DNA of 64,000 bases from Phoronis australis (GCA_002633005.1 NMRA01000092.1:839116-903115), one strand, 5' to 3'. Numbered from the stretch's first letter, positions 39,117 through 52,031 are shown. Numbers and translations: made by a program. The notes: a model not told the origin generated them from the letters alone.

Positions 39117-39195
39117 CCAGTTCGCATCTAAGTACTAGTGCCGCAGGAGCTATATTCGCGCCTCCTGTTGTTCTGGTACTTAAACTAGAGCTTGG
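39117..39195 (+). ncRNA. mir-252a: pre-miR-252a hairpin (mature 5p 39128-39149, CTAAGTACTAGTGCCGCAGGAG)
   Basis: Identical to recalled miR-252-5p. The 3' arm ctcctgttgttctggtacttaa is complementary, with G-U pairs. Confidence 0.95.
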
Positions 39196-39557
39196 ATGAT
39201 AATCTTCCCTTCAGCTAGTATCGTTCTAGAAAAAAAAAAACATGCAAATGGGTTAATTGACCCACAGTGCCTCAAACTTATAGGTTAATTTTGAGAATTT
39301 ATGGATCACGTTTGTCATTTTCCTTTCCTTTTTCAATTCCAATTTTTGGGCGACATCTTAGTTTCACGCCAGGTAGTATCGTCCAGTAAATATCGGCTGC
39401 TCGTATTTGGCTCGTTGTACTTGCCGCATTGTGTGTGGGGCATAGGGCCACTCGGCAGACGGACAGTACGTTACAAGGTCAGTCGTGTTTCGTGCCTCAG
39501 ATGAACGATTGCTGAACTGAAAAGTCACGTGAATAATTGAATGGACTAGCGGCTAGT

Positions 39558-39779
39558 TCATATTGCTGACGTATTTTCATGCCTGACGTAAGGATCGGGT
39601 AGTAGACGGTAGATGAGGGCGAGGCCCTCGGACAGCTTCGCAAGATCGGGCGATCTCGCCTTCTGTCCTCGCTGTGGTTGGTGTGGACGTGGATCGAGCG
39701 GTAGGGCCTGGTAGGCTGGTGGTGGTGTTCTTCTTGTGGAGACGAGACGCTGGCTGGATGGTAACAGCGTTGATGACAT
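39558..39779 (-). CDS. Candidate 73-aa small ORF, first ATG after the minus-strand TATA promoter; no recognisable homology
   Basis: aagATGt context about 45 nt after the predicted TSS, in a segment more GC-rich than its flanks. MSSTLLPSSQRLVSTRRTPPPAYQALPLDPRP...; coding status unproven. Confidence 0.3.
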   Translation of the reverse strand: MSSTLLPSSQRLVSTRRTPPPAYQALPLDPRPHQPQRGQKARSPDLAKLSEGLALIYRLLPDPYVRHENTSAI

Positions 39780-39819
39780 CTTAGGTGTGAAGCTGGCTTA
39801 ATGGCAACAGCTTAGAGTG

Positions 39820-39940
39820 ACGTGAGCATCGGAAACAGCTTGAGTATTTTTATAGCCTCCCCCTTGGACTAGAACGTTAGCTGCGCATGTGCGAACCTCA
39901 GTCACACGGCCAATCATTCTCCACTTTGAAAGCCACGTGA
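39820..39940 (-). promoter_or_regulatory. Pol II core/proximal promoter facing left
   Basis: TATAAAAA at 39854-39847; Inr-like TCA with A at 39823 (31 nt downstream of the first T); NRF1-like tgcgcatgtgcg 39882-39893; AP-1-like TGACTGA 39898-39904; CCAAT 39910-39914; GCCACGTGAC 39932-39941. Confidence 0.6.
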
Positions 39941-42900
39941 CTTGCCTTCTACCTGTCAGTGACATGAAAACACTGATTTAGGCTGTAGCCAGGGGCACTT
40001 TAAATAATTAAAAGAGTGTGCGTCAGGTTTGGCGATTGTTTTGAGGAATGTGTTGAAAATAATTTCAAGGAAACTGATTTGCTTGTGCTTTTGAACTCGT
40101 CCTAAATGAGAAAAGCTAAGTTCTTTTAGCTCTGACCCACTTTTCAATGCTAAATGGTGGCTGCAGTTTGCTTTCAACCCCTGTCGCCTGCTGTCTGAGA
40201 AGCCAAGTAGGAGTTCAAACTGTTCAAAATTGACAAGCGGGCATTTGGTGGGGGCGTACTATGACCAGAGTTTTAGAATCTAAAGAGAACGAGCATTCTG
40301 AATCTGTAGTTAGATTTTTTTACTAGCACTTGCAGGGAAGTCGCAATTTTGGAAAGAAAACTGTCAAATTTTGTGTTTTTGGTTCTATTTTTCTATGCCG
40401 GAATTTTCTTCGATGTGAATTAACCAATTATGAATCTGTAGTACAATTGAGTTTCAGTTAACATGAGTAGCGGTTGAGAGTTGGAATGCTACAAAAGCTT
40501 TTGTTTTCCAGAGTCTTGATAAGGGCATGAGGATAGGACTCATTTCCACTCTGTAATAACTGCAGTGTGCCACTGATGACATCGAATAGGCAAATGTACC
40601 ACGTTCATGTCACCAAGGCATAAATCTCGTCCAACTTAATCGTCACGAGGAGAAGAACGCGTCGTCACAAAATGATACTCACCAGGCGTTCCATAGGCAT
40701 GTGCTTGCGCGAAAGCCTTCTCTCAGCGTGGTCAATTTTAATCACACATTGACTGAACACAGTGACGCTGGGAGTCATTCCAAAGATGCAATACACGCAC
40801 GAGTGCAGCTAGCCCGAACAGGTCCTTCGATTGCAATGTATGGCTATATCTAGCCAGAAACTAGTATGGCTTCGACATGCACAGTCATTTGTTTTGTTTT
40901 GTTTTTACTCTTCTTGATGCTTCATGAAACTTCCAGGAGAGAGGAACAAATAAATGACGATAATCCACGCATTATATATCCACTTGCCTTGTGGATTTCT
41001 TTTCCAAGTCATCCAAGTTCATAAATTAGTTTTACTCTCGGAGATCTCTCGACTTCTGTTTTCACTCACCTCCAGAGTTTTCATGGACTTATTACACACA
41101 GAACTGTGAGTACGTCAACCATTTCATATGACAGTCGGCTATTCAGTACTATACCTTTCAACTAACTCGAGGGGTGTATCGCTTGAAAAAATTAGAACAA
41201 AACGGGTCAATAGTGTTGTCTTTACCAAACTGAGATGGAAAATACATTTGTCATTGATTGCACCTAGTGGTCTGTTTTTCTCTATTGCTATGACCTGAAG
41301 CCCAAAGGTTTCTCGGCTGAGTTACAAAAATTGTAACCAACAAGAACTTTGAGAAACAGCTGAAAATATAAAGCATATTTTCACTTTTCTTGTGCGCTTG
41401 ATCTAATTACAATGCTCGTCATCATTGTTACGTACTGTGCAAACATCTGCCCAACATGCAGGTAGCAATTCAGTCGCTAACGTTTCCATACCCTGCGGTT
41501 ATATCTGCTTTACCGCAAAGCGGGTGTCGGAAACTGCGGAAGGCAAATGCAGCACCATCTTTAAAAATCATTGTGTTGGATCGTGTGTTGGTGCGGAAGC
41601 CTTTGTTTTGTTTGATGTGAAACGCTTTCATGTGCCAACTCCAAGAGAAAAAAGATGAAATTGCTTTCATCTCTAAACAACGTTGTTATTACAGTATATG
41701 ATCAGTTCATTCTGATGTGACAAATTCCAGCTGCGTACAGATGAATTCAAATTCTATTGTTATCCGTGAACAATATCATTATGATAAACAAACATTATTA
41801 CTATAGGCCTTGTCTGGACTAGCTCTGTCTTTAGTTCAAATATATACGACTGTTCTATTTCTGTTTACTCACCAGTTAAAGCTGCATTTCGACATGTTTA
41901 GCTGGCTAAATAACGAAAATCGACTGCGAATTAGGCCTTTTACTCTCATAAAGTAAAATCGACTTATAATATTCCTTTCTGTAGTAGGATTCTATTTCGG
42001 TTACAAACGCAAGTCTCAGGCAATGCTTACAGTCGTCATTTTCGAATTCAAAATTTTAGGTGGCCAACCCAATAAACTTTGAAACGCATTTTCTTGACCC
42101 TCTGAATGCCTTCGATGTTCTTGTCGGTAACAGAAATAGAATGCTATTGCGGTCAGGAATATTACGAGACTGGTTTCATGAAAATGAAAGGCCAAATTCG
42201 ATTTTCATTTTTTAGCCAGCATAAGGTACATATCCAAATGCAGCTGACTTGATTGATCCGACCAAGTGGCTGTATGAGGCCAGTGAAATTATTCAACGGA
42301 ATATTGAACATTAACTAGGAGTTACCACCTGTGTGATTGATAAAGGAGGATGTTCTGGTGCCTAATTCGTATTTTTGGAAAGATTGGGCAAATCCTAGGA
42401 AATTCTAGAATGTTCTTGAATTGGTGAAAAGTAACGGTAACATATTATACCTACACAGGCTTCAGTTAGTGAGAGTTAGATACATAGTCAGCTGTGGGTT
42501 ACAGAACCAGCAGTTACCACAGGACCGTAAGAACACGTCAGACGTCAAGGTGAACTCATGGCGACCGGCATAGGCATAGGCCAGGGACAGGGAGCAGTAC
42601 AGAAAAGAACGACAGTGCTAAACATGTGGACGAGAAGCATAGCATTTGTCAATCAACTTTCAGTACTGGACTTGCACTTTTAAGAGCACTGACTGGGCTT
42701 TTTTGTATATTTCGTAAAAGTCCGAGAAAACTTGTTATTCATAGATATTCTTGATTTAGATTTACATATCCTTGAGGAATGCAAAACTATTTCTCCATTG
42801 GCAGGGCGCCCACTCTGGAAAAAGATAATGGGTCATCTGTCGCTCTCCCAGTTTTTTGAATTACTTAATATCAATTGGGAAAATGTCGGAGAGGGACTCT

Positions 42901-44980
42901 GATAACAGCATTAATTGATGCTCGTTTCCTGTTTTAAAATTATGTATATCGTTTCATATTTAGGGATCCCAGCCCATAGAGGGAGCCGTTGATGGCATCC
43001 ATGGCCTCTCTTTTTACCTAGGCTTATATCGTTTCTTCTTAAAGAATGTCTCCCGGAGGGTGGGGGCAGTGATGGAATCAATTGTTCATCGACAGCACTT
43101 AATGTTTAGGAAGGTCTTCTCTCGAAAGGCCATCCGCTGATGGAATTCACTGTCACTCTTTAGATTATAGTGACATCGCATTTCATATTAGGGGCCAGCT
43201 GAAATTGAGGAAAATTTTATCTCTATCATCAGATGCCAGACAACAAAATGCACTCAATGATTTTGTGTCAATATGAAATTGTTTTCAGTGAATTCTGGAC
43301 GGTAAAATTCGGTTAGTTATGTATCAGTGTTTACTTTCCTATGGGTAACAGTCAACATGTCGTAGCCGAGTCAATACAGAGTGGGCCGGTAGCAAGTTGC
43401 ATCAGTAACTGAATCAATGAACAAGTGCGATATACTGTTCCTGAACGTAAGTCAGGAGTTCACAGTTGGCTGGAGCATCAGAACAGACATTTTTTCGAGT
43501 AGACTTGTACACGTTTGACCGATATTAAGGGATGTAACTCGAACTAGTCTTCAGTCTATCATAAGACCAAAAGCTGATATTAATATTACCATTACTATCA
43601 TCATCATCATCATCATTATCATTATTAATTTGTATCAGAGGCTTCTGGTCCACCAAAGTACAATAACAGTCAATGTATACAGCCACATTTGTACGCGCAG
43701 TCAAGGCATTTAAAAGTTTTATATTACGTATTAATTACAGACGGGAGGCGCTAAGGCGGGCGTGTGAAGGATCCTGAGTTAGGTGCTTCCACTGAACTTC
43801 CTTCATAAAACGTGACCTGAACTTATTATATCCTTTATGTATTATCCACTGATATCGGGTCACAAATGGGCTTCACATGTAACCATGAGCGGTAATGATT
43901 TGAGACGAAAAAGCATGACTTTATCTTATAATATCGGGCATCAAAATCAATGCCAAGCGACCGCTTCTGCTTTTGAGAACTGGGTTTCATTTCTTCAACT
44001 TCACTTTCTTGTAAATTATCTCGTTGCTCACGAAATGTCGATTTTCATGTCATGTTCTTTGGCATTACTAGGTGACCTGACACGAGTAGACGAGGCGGTC
44101 TTTCCACCAGGTGACCGACGACCACCCAGTGAGGATGTCGCGGGTGCGTTCCATAGCCGCAAGGCACTTGCGAACAAAGCTAATACCTGCACGTGCTTCT
44201 CTTGTAATGCATGGCGATATCTCTCGAAGACTTGCGTATTCTCGTTTTTTTTCAAAGCAATATTTCCACGAAACGCCGTTTTTTTCCAAATCAATATTTC
44301 CACGAATCGCAACCCATGTAGGCTACGTATCTCGTAGAGTGTTGATATTAACCAGGTGGAAAATTAAAGGAGAACGAAATATTACTATTTTTCGAAAGGT
44401 ACTCAATACATCTGGTGATAGCTACCCTGGATGTTGGCAAATCGTTAACATTCCGTGCACACCGAATTCTATGAGCAAAATTTAATTTCATTATACAATT
44501 TTGAAACTTCTTTGAGCTGGTTTATTCGTATTTTTAAAGGTAACATTTTCGAATTATAAAGTCTTTTGAGTATAAACCCTTCGGAGTATAGGGCAACAGA
44601 AGCAGAATTCGCAACCGCACTTGTTCAGTTTCTGATTCAACTTTCTTCAGAAGCCTTGGTCGGATTATAGGTCCTCCGTGGAAATTACTCAGTCCAAAAG
44701 ATCGACTTTTGAGATTTATACTATTTAGAAGAAAAAATAATCGAAAAAATACAGCAGTATAAGGCGTTCAATCAAAACTGTTTCAAGCTCCCTCTGTCTT
44801 CTTAGATGCCTCTCCAGTGCCACATTTTGTAGATTAATAGTTTTGTCAATATGTGACATGCTTTATTTTAAAAATATTATTCTATTATCATGGCTTTGAA
44901 AGTTTTGTAATCTAAAAAAGTGAAAGTCAGTCTCGGGGACTTCACTACAGTGAGCATACAATCCGAATAACATAAGCCAC

Positions 44981-46290
44981 TTAAAGGGACGAAATCGGTC
45001 TTGCAGCTGAAACGCGTTTTAGGGTTTTTTTCGTAGGGTTGATTAAATCTATAAAACAACAAAATATGTTGCATTTTGGGATTTTATTGCCAATCTACGA
45101 TTTATAATTACAAAGACTGCCCGTCAAACCTAACTGAACTCGAGGCGGACTGACCTCGTCACTGAGTTGTTTCAATTCGTTGCTATGCGCCTTGAAAATG
45201 GCCGACATGTACAGGAAGAGTGTAGTGCTAATCTAAGTCGGCGTGAAAAAGACAAGGGCTAAGCTCCTGAGTGTATGTGAGAAAGCGAGGTGTAGAACCC
45301 AGTGGCGGATCTAGGATATCACAAGGGGGGGGCAACATTTTGTCCGGCTGTAAGCATTTGCGCAAACTGAACCACGATTGTAGATGCGCATAGCACCGAA
45401 TTGGGGGAGGTCGGGAGGGGGCAAACCCTCTCCCGCCCAGGAAATTTTTCTGTTTTTACATCTAAAAATCAAGTATTTTCCTTGATTCCTGAAGTATTAT
45501 CCAAGAAAAAAAGGCAAAAAAAAAACACGTAGAACGTGTCAAACAGGAAAAACTGCAAGTATCAAAGACTCGATCTCACGACCTTGCGCATAGAGCGCGC
45601 GTGCGTTACCGCTACTCCACCACGATTTCACTACTATTCTCATACTAAGAGACCTACTTGCTTATGGTCCACAGCGTTTGCGCGCGAAACCTACTTCTTT
45701 TTGTAATGCTTATTACACGTTTTGTGCCATCGATTCTTAACAAATTTGTCGTATTTAAAATAGTCTTCAAATGCCCAAAAGACCAAATCCGTTTTTCGTG
45801 TTGGCAATAATGAAGGGATTGCTTTGGAAATCGTCTTAACATAAGGTTTGACAAAGAGAGTATTGCGAATTTCTGAGTGATTCACTAAAGGCTTCGATTA
45901 AAATTCCCATCTTACCAGCAGCTTCTGTTTTTTCATCGTCACTCAGGTTCCATTTTCTTTAAAAATGAAGTAAATTTTCTTCATTGCACAGTGGAGCAGA
46001 CGACGGAAACTGAGTCGTAGTGCGCAGCGCNNNNNNNNNNNNNNNNNNNNNNNNNNNNNNNNNNCCCCCCCCCTCCCCCCCAACACTAAAACTGCACACA
46101 TTTAAATCTTTTTTCATTCGTATAATTTTAATTACCAGGGTTAATTAATAAACTCAACATTTCCCTACGCTCTTACTGTTATTTTTTTGCGGCAGCTAAG
46201 GGGGGGGCCGGGCCCCCTGCCCCCCCCCTAAATCCGCCTATGAAACCGAAAGACTTTGAAGGAGTTACCCATCTAGAATAAGCATTTGAG
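44981..46290 (+). repeat. Interspersed repeat (copy related to 26994-27350) interrupted by a nested MITE
   Basis: ttaaagggac start; homology to the 27 kb copy resumes after 46242. Confidence 0.6.
45300..46242. mobile_element. CAGTGGCGGAT-family MITE nested in an older repeat; contains a tRNA-like segment (about 45555-45625, minus strand)
   Basis: gaacc|cagtggcggatctagga ... aatccgcctatg|aaacc (5-bp TSD, one mismatch). Internal A-box/B-box-like tggagtagcgg...gatcgagtc on the minus strand. Confidence 0.7.
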
Positions 46291-47253
46291 AAATTGACGA
46301 ATAACTGCTTTGCGAGATCAAACAGTCCAGGCAGATGAAATATCAAGCTTTGGTAGACAGCAGGCTTTGTGGATTTGAATTCCTCGCCCGTCTTTCAGAA
46401 ATAGCGTGACATTGATGCTTACTTTTGATTCATTTTAAGCTAAGGCTAACATTGTTTTCTAAAAACTTTTACTGGTGCCTCCAGTCTTTGATTAATTAAA
46501 GCTACATTCCACCCGCGATTTTTGTTTTGATTTAGGCCACTTACCGCTACGAAATTGGTCTCTAACAGAGTTTAGTTTTCTTCTGGTCACGCCCTAGGCC
46601 CAGTATTGAGCTAGTAGTGAGCTTCGGGTGACTTCAGTATGTGTCAGAAATCGTATGCATAGAGCCCGTTTGAAGTACTGTACAAATAAGGAACTGTCAG
46701 TTCAAGCCCTGAATTCACTTACAAACTGAGTAAGGAGTGAGATACAACCCATTTTATAACAGTGGACTAGGCTAAATCAAAATACTCCTTTTTGACAGAA
46801 AGTGCGAGTGTGTCCCGGCTTTTGTCAATGAAATTGGTATAGGCCTAGACTTTACAGGTTTCGAAATTCTAAAGTTAATCCTTTAAAAAATCAGGAAAAC
46901 TACGACATTCTTAGGAAACTATTGTCTGAAAATGCACCCTTCGTAGGGAAACAGGTCGTGGCTAAGTAGCCGACTGAGCGGTCCGTGAACGAATTTAGCA
47001 GACGCTCCACTGGGCCTACCCGGGAACGACTCAGACTGCTGATTCCATTCATAATCATTCTGCCGGCATAGTGCGCTGAAGGTGACTTATATTAAGTCTG
47101 AAATGTGGTATTTATATTTCATGAGGCATGTTTTTACGGTTAAGCTGGCTTATTTAGACGACGTTTGCCCTCGTAAGGCAGTGGCCGCTGCTCCTTTTTG
47201 CGAACGAAGCTGAGGAGGCCTTGTCGCGAGAAAAGATGGTATTCGCGCTGTGT

Positions 47254-47290
47254 GTCACGTGATATATTTCACATGTAATATGGCCGACTC
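47254..47290 (+). promoter_or_regulatory. TATA-less promoter elements of the TTC31-like gene
   Basis: gtcacgtgat (E-box/CLEAR-like) and aatatggccgac (YY1-like) in a CpG-richer patch just upstream of the ATG at 47349. Confidence 0.45.
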
Positions 47291-47348
47291 CAATAAGTGG
47301 CAAAACTAAACACATTTTGCTGGAGTGAGTTTTCTTGGATTTGACATC

Positions 47349-47397
47349 ATGGTTGTCACAACTGAGGACGCCTTTGCTGTACTAGAACTTCCTTGTG
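47349..47397 (+). CDS. TTC31-like: DnaJ-TPR (TTC31-like) protein exon 1, J-domain helix I
   Basis: atcATGG; MVVTTEDAFAVLELPC G|gtaagg. Joins in phase 1 to GADLESVQTSYKKLALKWHPDK. Confidence 0.85.
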
Positions 47398-50300
47398 GTA
47401 AGGACATCGTGATCACTCTTGACAAATTCTGAAACAATTTGAAATCGACAAAAATAAAAGTTATAGTTTCGTTTTCTGGATTTTGGCGCGCTGGTCTGTG
47501 TTTTGAGTCTCCGAGTATCACTAACACGGCCTTGTCGTTGCCTTAAATCATTCCTGGCTTGGGCATATTTTTGTACGTAACTTAGAGCCAAATGAGTGTA
47601 GCTTTTGGGCGCACTTCCATGCTAGAATTGCTCGTCTGTTTGAGACGGAGGTGCCCAAAAGTGACACTGGCCAACTGACGGTGACACTGTACTGTCAGTT
47701 TGTAACCAGCCAGCTAGATGTATGAAGACTAACGTCAAAATTCAGCTAGGAACTGCTGAGTCTTAACTTCACGTAGGCTTTGAAATTTCACACTGCCCAG
47801 GGTAGTTCTGCTTGCCACCTGGCCACAGTCGCAAACCAGTGGCAGTGTGACTCACATGTGCTGGCTGTTCTTGCAGTCGTCGGTTTTCAAAGAAATGTGG
47901 AATGTGCCATCCTCACAATAGTTTAAAAAGATACCTGGATTGTAAAATATTCATCTTATGTTCTGTTCATGTTTCCTGCACAAGAATCATTAGCAATCCA
48001 AAATTAACTACATTTGTCAGTAAAAAAGACCACCTCCAAAATGGAGATTTTGATGCCTGTTTCAGCTCTCGTTTCTAAATCAACCAATGGCATTCTAGTA
48101 CAAACTAGGTCATTAAGTTAACTTTTGACCTCTTTTCCCTTGTTCGTTACAATCGTTTTTAAGTGAAAAATAATCTAGCAAATGTCATTTTCTTGCGTCA
48201 TTCTCTGGGTTTTCTAACAAGGAAAGCTCTGTCTACTTGAAAACAGTACACTCACTCATAGAAAGGTCCCCCATTTCGGTGTGCCTGGCAGATGGGTGAC
48301 CTCTCATAACTCTTTATACGTTTCCTTTTGACCTCGAGCACATTGACTGTAAAGTCTCCAATTTCGTTGACTTAACAAAGGACTATCTATTTGAAAAAAG
48401 TTGATTCTGGAAGTATTAGCTGAAAGGATTTAAAGACTTCGTCTGCCTCGAAAGGTGTCCATCTCATTAAGAAGCCTGGACATTCAGTGCTTCTCAACAT
48501 CAATCGGGGAAAACCGTTGTCACAGTTGGCCCTTATCACCAAAGTTGATCTAAGCTCCTATTGTGTTGTACAGACCAATTATCGCATTAGCGATGTCTTC
48601 ACAGCAATAAATTGAATTCCTCTGAAAAGTTAGGGTCGAATCTTTCATTCGCGGAAAAAATATGATAAAAATTTGCCAAATCTGTGTTTGGTTTTTATTT
48701 GTTTACAACAGTTTTGAGTTGATGCGTGTTTACATTAATGTATTCATTCAGTGTCAGTGGTGGACAATTGGCATTTGCGTCGTTACATCGGACAAAAGAC
48801 TGAGCCTGGCGATTAACACAGAAAGATTGATATCAGGCCTATGAAAACTGGTGTCGTCTGGAATACGGACTTAACGGGACTCTGTTGTAATGTACACTCG
48901 AAAATAACTGAAAGATTAGGGAGGGTTGAGCGTAATTCGCGGAAACTCTTCCAGCATACAGGCTTATTAAAGATGTATCATCAAGTGTATGTGCTACTTG
49001 CTATTTTTTGCGACATCTTTTGGCAGAGATTGAGTTTCGCCAAAGCAAAATTTGCTCAGAAATTCTTTTTACTGGTATTAAAATACTAAAAACTTACAAT
49101 GAGGTGAAACAATTGTGATAATTTGTTGATCATCGAACGTTTACATGACGCCTTGTGAAAGAAGAACTGTTGATCAAAGAATCGGCAAAAACATACCTGG
49201 TTCGTAGATGAATGATCCCATTTTATGTGTCCTCCATAAAAATTCGCTGTCCCAAAGAATAGAAATCTGCCATTCAGTTACAACTACACATGCAAATTTC
49301 TTTCACTCAACTGCCCCAGTCAAGGAGACACACCGCTAAATCCAGGACACAAGCAACTTCCTAACTTTCCAGTGCTCGAAGTTTGTGATTGTGCGCTGAA
49401 ATAATTTGCTGTGGACTCATGAAGTAAAAATGGTGCTAGAAGGTCCAATATCCAGAAGTGTTGGTAATTGTTGAGTATGGACTACACAAATCAATCAGTA
49501 TCAAGGTTAAAAGTTCTCATTCCATCTTTTGTTTCATTGCGCATTTAAACTAATATTTAAACCAGTTCTTTTGATTTGCAAAATTTAGGTCAAATTGTGT
49601 TTCATAATCTTTCTGCCTGTATCCCCGTCTATAAATACTGGTATGTCTAGACCCACACTATCACTTGGACTGGAAGTACTTGGTTTGAATAGCATAGTAG
49701 AAACACAAACTCAAAAACAGTTTTTATCATGATAAGGAATATTATAAGACCCGTTTTATGACCTTTAGTGGTTTAATTCGTGTTTTGTTTTTGAGAACTA
49801 AACACTGGAAATGCAGTTGTAAATACCATGTCAAAGTCACACCACTGAGGACGTGTTGGGAGGCTGAAAAGGACTTGAAATCATGAGAACTTTGCTAAAT
49901 GTTTACATTGCATCATATCATTTCTTCATTACTTACCGTCATACGCTGCTACTGTCGATGTGCCTGGGGTGAAGTATAGGTCACACATAGCAACATAGGG
50001 TACCATGCCAGGGCTCAACATTACCTTTTTTACTTGCCCGAACAACAAATTCACTTGCCCCAAGTACAATCCCAAATAGCACCGTGCATGTGCACACCTA
50101 GGTAATGTATTACCATAGGGCTGCCTGTGCTGAGCCTTCTCTTGTGTCGTGCATGCTATATATACATGAGTTGCTATTTTTTTAACGATTCTTCTTATAG
50201 AACATTTATTTATAAGGTGTGTCAAAACACTTGAGAGACAAAATAGAAGAGTAACTATGATATCTGAACCGTTGTCTAACATTCACAAAATGAGCTAAGA

Positions 50301-51570
50301 CAAGAACTCTAGACACTTCTGTGTACTCATTAGTTTATACGCCCTCATGCATTAAACTTGAGTTGTTGCTTAACCTTAATTTGAATTTTTGCTATCCGTA
50401 AAAATCTTGCACAGTTTTGGTCATCGGTACCTTGTATTAAATTAAAATCAAATTTTAACATATAATAATGCCACATATACTTTTATTTTCAATAAATAAT
50501 TACATTTTTGAAAAATAGGTAGACCGCGAAAAAGTCACTCTTCAGAGCGACAATCCTGAAGACCGTATTCCTCTTCTTTTGGGAGTCGCCACCGGGAGCC
50601 GGGAATTCTTAAGAATTTCCTTTGGAATTCCCCCTGAATAAATACGAGGCCTTTAAAACTGCTGTGTAGTGTAGAAAATATGTGGTCAATCATTCACTTT
50701 TTAGCTTTTGCGCTTATCTGTATGACTTACATCCGCCGACGAACGCGGTGCTTCCAGCTGTACATAGGTAAACGCCGGCAAAAATCGCACATCATTCCTT
50801 GTTCACTGTCTTGCAGGCCAGGAAACATAATTTCCCTTGACGGAACCCATTCCCGCACTCTTTTTGTTTCATATTATTGCTTTGATTCTTCCTGAACTCA
50901 TTTTTAGCAAGTAAACCAATGCCGTCTAGGCCTGGACGGCTTCCTTGTTTGGCGTTTTGCCAGAGTGCAGACAATCAGTAGTATCACGTGACAACTTATT
51001 CAGAAACTGCAGAGCATCGAAAGGATTTGACCGCGAGCATCATCTGTGCACGCTGCATCACACTCGTTCTATTTTCCTTTCGGTGCTCATTCGAAGACGG
51101 GAGTTTCTGTGGCGGCCACAGGGGCTTTTTCGGATCTACTTGCCTATGCGGCCAGCTTTTTAACTTGCCAAGTACTTTTCAAATTCCACTTACCCGACGC
51201 AAAATCTCCGTGTACACGGGCAATCAGGCAACCGTTAGTGTTGAACCCTACATGCAAGGCATGTGATATCTCTTTTCCTTATTAAATGACTTGTAGACCT
51301 CTTGCAGGCAGAGATCATTGTATTTTTAAAAGTATAACTTGAAACTGCTTATGAACGTGTCATTATAATATTAAGTATTTTCTCATTTTGTCATGACCTT
51401 GGATTAAATTTGAAAATTTAGCAGTTAGCAGTGGTCTCAACAGTATTCTAAGGGATTTCTTTTGAAATAATTTGAATGTTGAACTAAAAACTCTAGCTGG
51501 AGTCTTAATTGTGGAAAGTAAACAACGTGTCAAGCAGTTTCTAAAACAGTGATCCATGTTGTGATTTCAG

Positions 51571-51662
51571 GAGCGGACTTAGAGTCGGTGCAGACTAGCT
51601 ATAAAAAATTGGCTCTCAAATGGCATCCTGACAAACATAAAAACTCAAGTGAATCTATAAAA
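51571..51662 (+). CDS. TTC31-like: TTC31-like exon 2, J-domain HPD motif
   Basis: gatttcag|GA ... AAA|gtaagt; ADLESVQTSYKKLALKWHPDKHKNSSESIK. Confidence 0.93.
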
Positions 51663-51740
51663 GTAAGTCATTGGTTTATTAGTATGCTTCCATGATGTTG
51701 TAGAGGTTTCTGCTATGTAGTCTAAACGAACTCATGGTTA

Positions 51741-52031
51741 CAGTGTTCTCCACAACCTGTTATGACTAGTCACTTCGTTGAGTTTGAATTTTGCCTCAAT
51801 GAGTTTGGCTCATTTGCGTCAAGTTTAAAAACGCTCGACAAGTTGAAGAATTGGGAGATTAGTCATTTCTTAAGCAAATTTTGGACATATTGGGATTTTT
51901 GATACCAGTTCTATGCGTTTCTTCCAAGACTTAAAACACAAACTCTCCACAGTATGTACTTGGGCTTTTGAACGCATACATGAATTTTGTAATTCTTGTC
52001 GAGTGGGAATTTTCTGTTTTGGAGAACACTG
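51741..52031. mobile_element. MITE, 12-bp TIR cagtgttctcca, near-perfect 5-bp TSD
   Basis: ggtta|cagtgttctcca ... tggagaacactg|cgtta. Confidence 0.7.

Noticed and set aside
45555-45625. tRNA gene on the minus strand
   Set aside because: Only degenerate A/B boxes with no complete cloverleaf, embedded in a MITE; a SINE-like relic.
51311-51330. gagatcattgta resembling bantam
   Set aside because: First base and 3' half differ; no precursor stem.
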